Below are positions 29,701-38,453 of a stretch of 64,000 nt of DNA, piece by piece; positions within the stretch are counted from its first letter, which is position 1; every line of letters begins with the position of its first letter. The position numbers were made by a program, and so were the translations under genes. This DNA is from a virus (Duplodnaviria; Caudoviricetes), in the IMG/VR virus record IMGVR_UViG_3300036766_000439, positions 2,086 to 66,085 of that record. One strand, 5' to 3'. The notes beneath the pieces are model-generated. The model was given only the letters and a program-made list of their open reading frames with translations. It was not told where the DNA came from and made no database searches.

Positions 29701-31040
29701 ATCAGATGGTCGTTGTTTTCCGCCGCTTGGACGGAGATAGCCTGATGCGTGGGATCGGTGTCCAGCACCCCGCCGGCATGCTTTACCAACATCGCCCGCT
29801 CCGCCAGCTTGGCCGCGTAGGCCTCCTGCCGTGCCTGCGCGGCTTGCACCTTGAACTGCGCGGCAGTAATCTTGGCCTTGACTGCCAGTGGGCCTGTGCC
29901 GGGCTGAATTTGTTTTTCTATATCGCGCTGCCTTGTGTCTAGCTGACTGAGCGCCGCCTTTGCCGCATCCTTATCCACGCCTTCCGCGGCACTGTCGGCC
30001 GCGGCTTTCAGTTTTTCGCGTTGCGCGTTTAGTTCGCCCAGATCGGCATTGGCCTGCGTCAGTGCCGCGAACGCCTCGTTTACTGGTTTCCGAGCCTCAT
30101 ATAAAAACGCATTATGTTTTGCCTCGATTTGCGCGGTGTTGGCCTTATGCGCCGCCGCTTGCCTGCGGGGATTCGAGCTGTTGAGGTTGTCCTCAATCGT
30201 GCCGGCCGACGTATCGACAAAGCTCCCGTCCCTTTGCTGCGTCTGATGGTAACTGCCATCGGGCATCTGGTATTTCAGGGATTGATCCTTTGGGTCCACT
30301 ACGACTTTCAGCGGATTGAATTGCCGCTGCCCCAGTTCGTCCTGAATGACATGGGCCGGCTCCCCGGTCTTGGGGTGGAGTTGTATTCCCAGACTCCGCC
30401 GCTTATAAAGTTGCTGACCTTTTTCATTGACCACCGGCAGGTCATTTCCGTAGGGGTCTTTGCGGAACCGCTTTCCGTGGGGAACAGCATCGCTCTCGAA
30501 TTCAGCATTGCGGGCCTTGCGCTGGTCGATCTCCGCCTGCCGCTGCTGGCGTTGCTGCTGAACTTCATCGTAGCGCGCCTGCCTGTCCTGTTCCGCCCGC
30601 GTGCCACGAGAATCAAGCACGGAGCCGGACAATAGCGCGCCCAAACTGCGGTCTGGTGCTATCACCGGGTGTGTTGCTTCCAACTGCTGCCGGGTGGTCA
30701 GCCGTTGAACTTCCCTCGTGTTGGGTCTCATCCCCATCTGCACTTTCAATGCCGCCACGCGCGTCTCTTGGTCTGGATCAATCAATCCTTCGCGACCGCT
30801 CGCATCGTCCACCCCTCCGCCGGATTCAAGCCGCTGGCGCTCCGCTATCCTTCCAAGTTCCTGTTGATTCGGCGCGATACCCAGTCGAATCTTGGTCGCA
30901 ACTATGCGCGTCTGCAAATCTGGCTCATCCATTTCTCCGCCCGTTTCATTCGCATCGGCCCCGGTTCTTGGCGGGGTGCGCGTCAGTCGCGTGGTGACGG
31001 GCTGTTCGTCAACTTCGGTGTCATCAGGCGCGCTTGGCAT
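26727..31040 (-). CDS. Large internal virion/ejection protein
   Basis: 1437 aa helical Ala/Gln-rich protein with Gly-rich hydrophobic segments; in the structural operon. Confidence 0.55.
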   Translation of the reverse strand: MPSAPDDTEVDEQPVTTRLTRTPPRTGADANETGGEMDEPDLQTRIVATKIRLGIAPNQQELGRIAERQRLESGGGVDDASGREGLIDPDQETRVAALKVQMGMRPNTREVQRLTTRQQLEATHPVIAPDRSLGALLSGSVLDSRGTRAEQDRQARYDEVQQQRQQRQAEIDQRKARNAEFESDAVPHGKRFRKDPYGNDLPVVNEKGQQLYKRRSLGIQLHPKTGEPAHVIQDELGQRQFNPLKVVVDPKDQSLKYQMPDGSYHQTQQRDGSFVDTSAGTIEDNLNSSNPRRQAAAHKANTAQIEAKHNAFLYEARKPVNEAFAALTQANADLGELNAQREKLKAAADSAAEGVDKDAAKAALSQLDTRQRDIEKQIQPGTGPLAVKAKITAAQFKVQAAQARQEAYAAKLAERAMLVKHAGGVLDTDPTHQAISVQAAENNDHLMQAQAELAAAGGTMPAAAPNGTPATQAGQKITNPLMQSEPGVAIQRGEKAVGGVGMEEFARRYGTGLGDVDKKGQAARATRLDEIKTGQTAIEKQLDPLKAQLDAGKGTLPPDQYNALVKQHNDLLAQHTALGKEGGKLVTDYNSKRFGEGEGKITPAHVIALDRRAKEIDDMLAAPEGAPGMLLPDSKTNISPVLRDSLTKEKAYVEDLAKQRLARLAPDQQKQAIDATRAPTNWEIAKANISNFAANSGTTTTDIIQATTRTLARTAALAQPGGAALVLGGMDNPAAKKIDEYAKWEKEAIAAAHAPSNPAEAKAQQHWTAQVSGMVGGVMPYMVAGAPARLAGLGAGVEAAAAGAAGSFGFGQAFRDEATQGLQTKLDAKQITPEQFEKGRDQAEALGTIVGAGMLVPFSQFARLMAKTPAGRIVVDKLLSVFGKQGEASAMKWIAGNEAQGLLRSVAERGVGGGLVGFGQTVAANLTARGGFGNVAYDEKRGIMEGATENIATMGILGAMHAAMEKSNFPQIFWKKAGIEEQDYRNARKLVSGANTETAAQAKYTPEQKKSYDAAREMVAKVESAAKNAGVKIGDIARGRVIAESAKWEPRALTPLIPEKIRPDKPEGLQFRKAEAKAGAKPVAKAAVARETEATAGPQKLIGERSEEPSTPESATTGATDSGPGETSAGVSPAPESKVDIGPRDETVSTGTGVEMPKETAINAKQKRQVDEHLARQKNITAKIVANVTAGKVTAEKATEMLKNIGLGDEQIKQALSAQQPTTENPPNETQGQTSVQATAGGGGKPAARSDGEPGIRAAGGKAVEAGQAGAAPVREAVGADIATITSKLEAVGIPKGAVGKTAGHIQNAIQTGAYGDILHPDNKHSRAVFTALTGVKLPPTVKGTQEAMQQYKATLPAKPAAEAPAVKTETPTTGTEVAAPESALGDQPVKMKVRRESTGQEGTVDLPARLAEKHIKQHIETLNKVLKCIDGQLVFV

Positions 31041-31099
31041 TGGGATGGAATGCGCTTACGCGAAATTCAGCCACCCGTCAAATTGCTAATTTAGCCAAA

Positions 31100-31387
31100 C
31101 TATTTACGCCGATTAAGGGTTTTCGCCGTGACGCGCCACACGCGGCATCCTCTTAGGTGGGGATATTTCCGCACGCTAAAAGCGCGGTCGCGATGCCGCT
31201 GACTGTAACTGTGGGCTGCGCTTGTCACCATAGCGGGAGACGCCATAGAATCAGACACAAAGAAACTTTCCCCCACTTGCATTTCTCCGAACGGATAATG
31301 GTTGTTACTGCTAGTTCGTTTTGGCGGCAGAGGAATATATTTGTCCACTACGAATCTTATGGGGTTCACGAAGCTTCTGGGTTTCAT
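31100..31387 (-). CDS. Small basic putative DNA-binding protein
   Basis: YPFGEMQVGESF...RVWRV; operator-like TCTCA-N5-CGAGG immediately upstream (31389-31403). Confidence 0.55.
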   Translation of the reverse strand: MKPRSFVNPIRFVVDKYIPLPPKRTSSNNHYPFGEMQVGESFFVSDSMASPAMVTSAAHSYSQRHRDRAFSVRKYPHLRGCRVWRVTAKTLNRRK

Positions 31388-31405
31388 ATCTCATACTACG
31401 AGGCA

Positions 31406-31597
31406 CTAATCGGAATCCTTGTCAACTGATTTTCGGTTAATCAACCACTGAATAGGTATAAGGAGTGCAATTCCGATTAGACACTTCAAGGAAAGGTCTG
31501 CAATTCCCATAATCAGTCCGTGCTTTTGCATCTCAAAGCCTCCGATAATCAAAAACATCGCTATCAGAGCCAGTGTTATAGGGGTTTTGAATTTCAT
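31406..31597 (-). CDS. Small low-GC membrane protein
   Basis: 63 aa, two TM segments, AT-rich. Confidence 0.5.
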   Translation of the reverse strand: MKFKTPITLALIAMFLIIGGFEMQKHGLIMGIADLSLKCLIGIALLIPIQWLINRKSVDKDSD

Positions 31598-31600
31598 GTT

Positions 31601-33427
31601 CTAAGAGTAAGCCCCCGCCACGGCGGTTCCCCGCGGTGTGCCGTCGTCGCTCGGCGGCCCAAACACGTTCCGCTCCGGCACATAGACGCTCGCGTGGTCG
31701 ATCAACTCGAACGCCAGAGCGATTGCAAACGTATCGTCGTCATGGAAGCCCGGTCCCGCTTCGCTGCGCCCGTCCTTGTCGATGAAGTTCTCGCACTGTT
31801 CCAAGGCCCGTTCATCCCAGATGTCGATGCCATGCCCCGGCGTGTCGTATTCGCGAATCGCCGCCGCAAGGGTGGTGATGAGGATTTCGCGGGTCTTGAT
31901 GTTCGTCTGATAGCCATAGGCGTTGCTCGTCTTGTGCTCCCGCTGGTTGAACACCTCGCGCATGTAGAGGTTGGCCCCTTTCAGCTTGAGCAGTTCCGTG
32001 AGTCCCCGGTCCATGTTCATTTCTATGGCGATCATGCACCCGCTGGCGCTGCCGTAGTATCGGGCCATGCGCCAGGCGTTCTCCGCCAGCACGTCTATTT
32101 CCCACCGGCAGGCAATGATGCGTGCCGCCGTCGCCGGCCTGATCCAGACTCCGGCATTGTTCCAAAACCCGGCCCGGAGCACGAACGCCCCGTGATAGTC
32201 GGGATCTTCCCCGGTGGTCTGGCTCGCGCCGGTCATCGGGTCGATGGCTAGGATATACTTGGCCCCCGGAACCGGCTTCTCGTAAAGAATGACCTTGGCC
32301 TCGTTTTTGTCGGTGTTGCGAAACGCTACGCGCCGGTCCTTTTCCTCGATAATCCCCGGCATGGCGGGATGTCCCTCCATCCGTTTCTTCATGGTCTTGA
32401 TGCCAGAGGCGTTGAACCGCATGGCCCCGGACTTGAGAAACGCATCCTGCCACGAGTGCGGATAATCCCGGTCGAAGATTTCAATCCGACGGTCGCAGAT
32501 TTCCCGGATGGCGTAGCGGCGCCAGGCAAGGGCCTCCCACGCATCGAACTCCGGCACGGAACTCCCCAGATGCAGGACGCCTTGGTCGTCACGGACGGCG
32601 TAGTCATCGATCAACCGTTGCTCGCCCAGGTATTCCGGATCGGCGTCAATGGTGTTCTCGATGTGGCGTTTCTGTTCTGGCGTCAGGCGGAAAGCCGATT
32701 CGACAAACTCGAACCACGGCGCAAAGACCCGGCAATAGGAACCAAACTCAATCTCCTTCTTGCCGGAAAGAAAATCCTCCGCATCGACCGCGCGCAGCCA
32801 CCGGCCATAGTAGTCGCCGCCCGCCTTTTCGGCCGAGCTTTCGAGAAAGATGCTCGTGCCCGGCAGGAGCGGGATCGCCTTGAGGATGTTGTTCATCACC
32901 TCCGCGGCGTTGGCGACGCCATACTCTGCCCATCGGGCCGCTTCCGTAGCATGCAATAGCTGGTAGGTATCACCGATGCCGGCCTGCACGTCTTTCGCGG
33001 TTTCCTTCTTGGCCCGGCTGCCGTTGCTGAACGTGGCACCCTTGGCGTTCACCTCACCGGAGTTTCCCCACTCGAATTCATCGTTCTCCTTGTAGGTCTT
33101 CATCATGTTCCACAGGCCGACGGTTTGGTCGGACTGACCGCCGATGAAGACCGCAGACGTGGACTGCCGCCGCATTTCCGTATAGCCCAGGGCCGTGAAG
33201 AACGTGGTCGAGCCGCGGTTGCGGGGCTTTAGGCCAATGATGCGCCGCGGCATTTTCAGGTCATCGAACTTGTTCACGACCTGTTGAATCTTGCGCTGGA
33301 GGTAATTCAGCTTCGGTTTGAGCAGACCGTCTTTGCGGTCCATGCCCCAGATGCGCCCGTAGGTTGCGAACCATGCGCCGCAGTTTGCCCGGATCGCGTT
33401 GTTTAGAATTTTCTCTTTTTCAGTCAT
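31601..33427 (-). CDS. terL: Terminase large subunit
   Basis: LKPRNRGSTT Walker A variant, LHATEAA Walker B, ESSA, AIDP..G, IEMN, HDD nuclease motifs. Confidence 0.85.
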   Translation of the reverse strand: MTEKEKILNNAIRANCGAWFATYGRIWGMDRKDGLLKPKLNYLQRKIQQVVNKFDDLKMPRRIIGLKPRNRGSTTFFTALGYTEMRRQSTSAVFIGGQSDQTVGLWNMMKTYKENDEFEWGNSGEVNAKGATFSNGSRAKKETAKDVQAGIGDTYQLLHATEAARWAEYGVANAAEVMNNILKAIPLLPGTSIFLESSAEKAGGDYYGRWLRAVDAEDFLSGKKEIEFGSYCRVFAPWFEFVESAFRLTPEQKRHIENTIDADPEYLGEQRLIDDYAVRDDQGVLHLGSSVPEFDAWEALAWRRYAIREICDRRIEIFDRDYPHSWQDAFLKSGAMRFNASGIKTMKKRMEGHPAMPGIIEEKDRRVAFRNTDKNEAKVILYEKPVPGAKYILAIDPMTGASQTTGEDPDYHGAFVLRAGFWNNAGVWIRPATAARIIACRWEIDVLAENAWRMARYYGSASGCMIAIEMNMDRGLTELLKLKGANLYMREVFNQREHKTSNAYGYQTNIKTREILITTLAAAIREYDTPGHGIDIWDERALEQCENFIDKDGRSEAGPGFHDDDTFAIALAFELIDHASVYVPERNVFGPPSDDGTPRGTAVAGAYS

Positions 33428-33821
33428 GGGGATTCCGCTTCATCACATCACGGCCCGCAAAGGCAAAGCCGTGCGGCCGATAGAACTCCGTGGCGTCCCG
33501 GCTGGCAAGGATGCAGATGGTCGGCATGACCCACGGATGCGCCAGCGCGGCTTTCAACAGGGCGGTCCCCACGCCATGCCGTTGCCATTTAGCCGCCACG
33601 ATCATGTCGGTGATGGAACTGAATGTCGCCTTGTCGGTGACGACGCGGCAGAATCCAACCGGCTCGTTCTCCAGCCATGCCATGAAACAAAGGCTGTTGT
33701 CGATGGCGCGCAGGATTTGCACCGGGGACTGCGAGTGGCCCCAGTAAGAGGCGCGGACTTCGCGGATCACCCACGCCGCGTCAAGCTTGGTCGCGTCCGA
33801 CGATATGAGCAGGTCTTTCAT
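33420..33821 (-). CDS. GNAT acetyltransferase
   Basis: VGFCRVVTD, WQRHGVG, FYRPHGF. Confidence 0.85.
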   Translation of the reverse strand: MKDLLISSDATKLDAAWVIREVRASYWGHSQSPVQILRAIDNSLCFMAWLENEPVGFCRVVTDKATFSSITDMIVAAKWQRHGVGTALLKAALAHPWVMPTICILASRDATEFYRPHGFAFAGRDVMKRNPHD

Positions 33822-34527
33822 GCTCGATCAACTTGGCGACGATCTCGGCGCGCTTGAATTGGAGGTGCAGGGTCGGATTGGTTGCTCGGTCCCCGCCTTC
33901 TATCCCCTCGGACATGGGATGTCTTAGCCCTTTCCAACCGACGTGATCCACATAGCTCGTGCGCGAGATTGCGCAGCGGTTGCCCAGAATGCTCGGAATC
34001 TGCCAGTCGAATGCGGTCAGCGTGTGCAGATGCGGCATAATCTTCGCCACCATCGCGCGGGTCAAAAGGTAGCTCACGCCTGGAGCATAACGGCGCCAGA
34101 TAATGTCCTTGGTTGGATCGTCCTCGATTGTGTTCCCTGGCAGGCGGGAATGCGCCTCCGTGTTATAGAGGCACACCAGCGCGCCATATTCGTCCTGCAA
34201 TCGCCGCGCCTCGTGCATAAAACCCGGATCGTGGATGCAATCATGGTCCGTGAAATAGAGCCGGTCATAGTCCGAGGCCCAAAAGTCGCGCAAGTGCTCC
34301 CGGCGCTGCCACTCAATTCCTTTTGCGGGATCGTTGCCAATCGCTTTATCTGCCAACTGTCGCAGCCAATGCGTGCCGTATTCCGTCGAGCCATCGTTGT
34401 AGCAGACGAGCAAGTCATCGGTGTAAATCGCCCATTTGAGCGTCGGCAGGCAGAGTTCCGCCGTGCGCTTCCGCTCGTGGCAGGCGACACAAATCATCGT
34501 GCGGTCCTTCATATCCATGTCCTCCAT
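33781..34527 (-). CDS. Glycosyltransferase (GT-A/GT2-like)
   Basis: NDGST, DHD (DxD), S.VDHVG. Confidence 0.7.
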   Translation of the reverse strand: MEDMDMKDRTMICVACHERKRTAELCLPTLKWAIYTDDLLVCYNDGSTEYGTHWLRQLADKAIGNDPAKGIEWQRREHLRDFWASDYDRLYFTDHDCIHDPGFMHEARRLQDEYGALVCLYNTEAHSRLPGNTIEDDPTKDIIWRRYAPGVSYLLTRAMVAKIMPHLHTLTAFDWQIPSILGNRCAISRTSYVDHVGWKGLRHPMSEGIEGGDRATNPTLHLQFKRAEIVAKLIEHERPAHIVGRDQA

Positions 34528-35216
34528 TTTAACATTGCTCCAAGGTTACGGGAAATGAGTAGGCGCTGTCCGACCTCATACGCCTTTGGACTGTTTTGCC
34601 GGCGATAACCCTCATCCTGCGGGCCTCCGGTATGGTAAGGATGCTCGTGTTTGAATACGATTTCCCGCGCCTTGATTAACTTGCAGCGCCCGGAATCGGC
34701 ATCGGCGTAGGCGCGCAGGCTAAAATCATCGTCTGAAAAAACAGAGATATACCCCGGAAACATAAAATGCCCCTCCTGCTCATATCGCTTCCGATTACAG
34801 ATGGCGGTGCAAAGCAAATCATCCTTGCGATACCCATCGCTGACTGCGATTACAAAGGGAGTCTTATCGCGGTCCAGTGCCCACCATTCCCTTTTGATTG
34901 CTTCTTCTAAAAGCGAATCCCATCCCTCCGGAGGGAATACATCGTCTTGCGCCTGAATCAGAATTTCCGCCAGCGACGCCTTGGCCGCGTAGTCCCATGC
35001 CGGAGCCGAGCCGGTGCCGTTGAACTCGACGCTGCGAAAGTTTCCAAACCCCGTCCCAATGCCGAGCCCAAGCTTGGTTTCATCGTCGGCATCGTGGCAC
35101 AGGATATACTGCACGGCATGCGGCGCAATGGCCCGCTGGCTCCACAGCTTCATCGTGGCGTTCGCCTTTTCGGGGCGACCGCGCGTAGCGTGTAAAACCG
35201 AAAACAGGAGTTTCAT
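34509..35216 (-). CDS. Glycosyltransferase (GT2-like)
   Basis: Start MKLLFSVLHATRGRP; QDD..P..GWD, FSDDD, HEH. Confidence 0.7.
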   Translation of the reverse strand: MKLLFSVLHATRGRPEKANATMKLWSQRAIAPHAVQYILCHDADDETKLGLGIGTGFGNFRSVEFNGTGSAPAWDYAAKASLAEILIQAQDDVFPPEGWDSLLEEAIKREWWALDRDKTPFVIAVSDGYRKDDLLCTAICNRKRYEQEGHFMFPGYISVFSDDDFSLRAYADADSGRCKLIKAREIVFKHEHPYHTGGPQDEGYRRQNSPKAYEVGQRLLISRNLGAMLKWRTWI

Positions 35217-35929
35217 GCGTATGCCTTCTGCACGATCTCGAATAGCGACCCGTCTTTGCACTGATGGAACAGGGCCGTCTCGCGCCGGATATGGTTCAGC
35301 CACTCGGTCTTGATGGGCAGTTGCGGACGCCAGATTTGCTGAATGGTCTTGGCGTCGGCCGCTTGCGGGAGGGTCTGAGGTGTGGCATAGGTGTCGAACG
35401 CCTGTCCGCGGTTCACGCCCCAAAAAATGTCCGGTGCGTTCAGCGTGTCCGCCAGAAGCGGAGCCTTGGCCCGCCAGTCAGGCGGATAGACCGACACGCC
35501 GGAAAGGTGGTCGAACCCATGCCCGCGCACGATGACGCCCATAAACGGCTTTCCACAGCCCGCATACTCGGCGGCGATTTCATCATGCCAGCCGGGCCGC
35601 ATCGCCACCGTGTCCGCCTCCACCCACAAAACAGGCTCGCCGGGGAATGCCCCCTCGCAGTGCGCCATCGTGCGCAGGAATAGATGCGAGGCACTTTTGG
35701 GATAGCCGTCCTCGTTTTCGTCCGGGCACTCCACCCACTGGACCGGAAAGCGGATTGGCTCGATCCGCTCCCGCCAGAGCGCAACCATGTTGGGATGCAC
35801 GCGCTTGGTCCGCATCACCACCAGCGGCCGGGGCGCGGAGGTTTCCTTGCGCGACAGCATCGCCACATGCCGCAGCCACTTTTCGGCCTGCGGTAGATCG
35901 ACGTGGGAGATTCCGAGGGCGAGGATCAC
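35213..35929 (-). CDS. Glycosyltransferase-like protein
   Basis: W.EAD (DxD-like), PFMG, H.SG..VYP, FHQCKDGS. Confidence 0.55.
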   Translation of the reverse strand: MILALGISHVDLPQAEKWLRHVAMLSRKETSAPRPLVVMRTKRVHPNMVALWRERIEPIRFPVQWVECPDENEDGYPKSASHLFLRTMAHCEGAFPGEPVLWVEADTVAMRPGWHDEIAAEYAGCGKPFMGVIVRGHGFDHLSGVSVYPPDWRAKAPLLADTLNAPDIFWGVNRGQAFDTYATPQTLPQAADAKTIQQIWRPQLPIKTEWLNHIRRETALFHQCKDGSLFEIVQKAYA

Positions 35930-36390
35930 GGCTTCAAACTTAAAATGTCGCGCGGTTTCAGGTCTAAAATGGCATGAAACGCTTCATGGATTTCTTTGCC
36001 TCTTTTTGTAACCCAGCCGTGAGTTTCAGCCATTACACCCAACTCTTTTATTTCTGCCCATAACAAATCGTTAAGTTTATCATAAGCCTTATTAAGCGCA
36101 ATTACCTTCGCTCTCTCTACCAATGCTCGCTGCGTTACTATCTCACTGGTTGACGACCGATCTATTGCTGCCCTTGCTGTTAATGAAGCAGCGCGAAAGT
36201 TTCTTTTTGAGAGCATGAATTCGCCGGACAACCGGATATTTTGTTCCTTCGCGAATTGAAGTCGGCGTTCTGTTTGCTTCACCTTGCTTTCTGCCTTAGT
36301 TATTTTTCGACATAATTCCAGCGTGTGCGCCTCTCGGCGTTTCAGACTCGCCTTGGCTGACTTTAACTGTTCTTCGATTGTTGGTTTCAT
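35926..36390 (-). CDS. Low-GC coiled-coil protein
   Basis: MKPTIEEQLK...; markedly more AT-rich than the flanks. Confidence 0.55.
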   Translation of the reverse strand: MKPTIEEQLKSAKASLKRREAHTLELCRKITKAESKVKQTERRLQFAKEQNIRLSGEFMLSKRNFRAASLTARAAIDRSSTSEIVTQRALVERAKVIALNKAYDKLNDLLWAEIKELGVMAETHGWVTKRGKEIHEAFHAILDLKPRDILSLKP

Positions 36391-36956
36391 GGTTTTGAAA
36401 TGAACCAGCTTGTGTCTTCGGTGAGCACCACATGCAACCGGCGCTCGCGGGCGAACTCGATCACGCGGGTCTTCACCCCGCACTCTTGGTAGGCATCATG
36501 CCGGTTGTAAAAATCATGCCCGCAGAGCACCCCGCCATGATGCACCTTCGGCCACCAGAGGTCTATGTCTTCGCGTATATACTTATACGCGTGGTTGCCA
36601 TCGAGGAACGCAAAATCGAGCGATTCATCGGGGATGGCCTGCGCCGCTTGCAGCGAATACATCCGGAGCAACTTCGCCCGGTCCCCGAACGGCGCCACCG
36701 CGGCTTTCGTCTTCTCGTAGGCGCTGGACATGACGACGCTGTTCGTCCCATCAAGATATTCGGATGGGTCTTGGTTGATCCACGGATCAACGAGAAACAT
36801 CATGCCCGGCCAGTTGCGGAGGATGTATTCCGAATACTCGCCAAAGAGAACGCCAATCTCCGCCCCCCTGCTCGTGAGCAGATGCGTGTTAAGGTAGCGG
36901 ATCAAATCCAACCGGGATTTAACGCTGAACAGGGAGGAGGGCGGAAAGGCTATCAT
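36387..36956 (-). CDS. Class I SAM methyltransferase (Methyltransf_24-like)
   Basis: GAEIGV..G, VDPW, DFAFLDGNH.Y, GGVLCGHDF. Confidence 0.85.
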   Translation of the reverse strand: MIAFPPSSLFSVKSRLDLIRYLNTHLLTSRGAEIGVLFGEYSEYILRNWPGMMFLVDPWINQDPSEYLDGTNSVVMSSAYEKTKAAVAPFGDRAKLLRMYSLQAAQAIPDESLDFAFLDGNHAYKYIREDIDLWWPKVHHGGVLCGHDFYNRHDAYQECGVKTRVIEFARERRLHVVLTEDTSWFISKP

Positions 36957-37032
36957 AGTCGTTTATGCCGCAACTTTCGAGCTAGACATTTTGAGGTAGC
37001 TCGTGCCGCTTGAAGTATTTGCTTCCTTGTTT

Positions 37033-37806
37033 TCATACCGGAATCAATCTCCGAAGTGTGCCATAGTCGTTCGATGGATGGAACCAAATTTCTTCCCAAA
37101 TTTGGTCGTTAAACTCAAGCCACTTAGCCTCGTCGATTAGAGAATTAAAAACGTGCGACTGCCGGGAGTGTAGCAACGCAGGAAGTTTGAAGTTGAAACA
37201 GTGATGGCGCCGAGCCGCTTCCTTGCACCATAGCCAGGACATGAACACGTCGTCCATGCGCGAGACGGGCAGGAAGGAACACCAAGGCCACCACTCGGCC
37301 GGGCGAAACCCAATATGCATCCCGCACAGCATGACCGGGCGACCATAGACGATCTTCTTCGTAAACTCCATCGGGGCTGTTACGCCCTCAACCAGTTGGC
37401 GCGCGGCGTCTCTGTCGGGCATTCCTTTCCACCAGCCCACAGAGGCGGCAACGGGGATTATCGAGGTCTTGTTGAAATACGGGTTCCCCCGTGCCGGCGG
37501 ATTCGTGAGGATTTCAAGCAGTGGAAATTCCTGCGGCTTCAACGCCTCGGTGTGAATCTCAATCAACTGTTCCAGCGTCTTGCACTCGTCCGAGGGAAAG
37601 ACATCATCGTCCAAGATCACGACGATCTCGTAACCCAAATCCATCGCACGCCGGATGCCTTTGTTTTTCGTGGCCCCGCACCCGCTCTTGTCCGCGTCCT
37701 GCTGATAAATCAACCAGTCCGGCGGAGTATAAATGACGTTCCATGCCTTCGCGAACTTCGCGCACTGGGCGGGGTTATGCCAGGGAACGACGACGGCGGC
37801 TTTCAT
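37033..37806 (-). CDS. Glycosyltransferase (GT-A fold)
   Basis: VVVP, KNKG, ILDDD, RMDD motifs. Confidence 0.65.
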   Translation of the reverse strand: MKAAVVVPWHNPAQCAKFAKAWNVIYTPPDWLIYQQDADKSGCGATKNKGIRRAMDLGYEIVVILDDDVFPSDECKTLEQLIEIHTEALKPQEFPLLEILTNPPARGNPYFNKTSIIPVAASVGWWKGMPDRDAARQLVEGVTAPMEFTKKIVYGRPVMLCGMHIGFRPAEWWPWCSFLPVSRMDDVFMSWLWCKEAARRHHCFNFKLPALLHSRQSHVFNSLIDEAKWLEFNDQIWEEIWFHPSNDYGTLRRLIPV

Positions 37807-38444
37807 TTGCCAAACCCAAGTTCGCGGATGGTCCGGCTGCGGGGATAGGGGGTCGTCGCATTCGGGAAATGCATCATCGGCGCCCCGTGCCAGTCGATGT
37901 CCCCGTTATAGTTGCGGCATGGCCGGTCCGGATGGATGATCGACCATGACTTGGGCGCGACGGAAAGCGCGTATTGGTCGCAGGAGTCTTTCAGCAAATC
38001 CTCGGGTTTGAACTCCGGGGTGTGCGGCACCATTTCCAGCGCCGCAGCGATCATCTTCCAGCCGCGCCCGTCGGCAAACACCGCGCAGGGACAGGTGCAG
38101 CCGGCGAAGAACGTGGGCGGATAGCCAATCTTCGGCGCGTGCTCGGGGCGAAAGCCATTGGAGAGAACGTCCCAATCAACGTGCATGCACGGTTCGTCAA
38201 TCGCCGTCATGGCGATCCAGCGCACCATTGCGGCCCAGGTATAGCCCTTCGGATTCGTCGGGCAGGAAAGCAGAAGCGGCGAGTATTGAAACCGGCTGAA
38301 CATGGCCGAGTCGGCGTTGATGGCATCCGTCTCCTTGAGGATGATCGGCTCCCAACCGTTCTTAGCCCAGGAGTGTTGCCAGAGTTCGAGCAAGTCCGGA
38401 TCGGTCAGGCCCGCTACGTCGTTGAAAAATGTGTAACATTTCAT
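37803..38444 (-). CDS. Glycosyltransferase-like protein
   Basis: W..SW...GW.P, RW.AM, DWDV (DxD), CDQ, HF. Confidence 0.55.
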   Translation of the reverse strand: MKCYTFFNDVAGLTDPDLLELWQHSWAKNGWEPIILKETDAINADSAMFSRFQYSPLLLSCPTNPKGYTWAAMVRWIAMTAIDEPCMHVDWDVLSNGFRPEHAPKIGYPPTFFAGCTCPCAVFADGRGWKMIAAALEMVPHTPEFKPEDLLKDSCDQYALSVAPKSWSIIHPDRPCRNYNGDIDWHGAPMMHFPNATTPYPRSRTIRELGFGK

Positions 38445-38453
38445 AGTAAAGGG

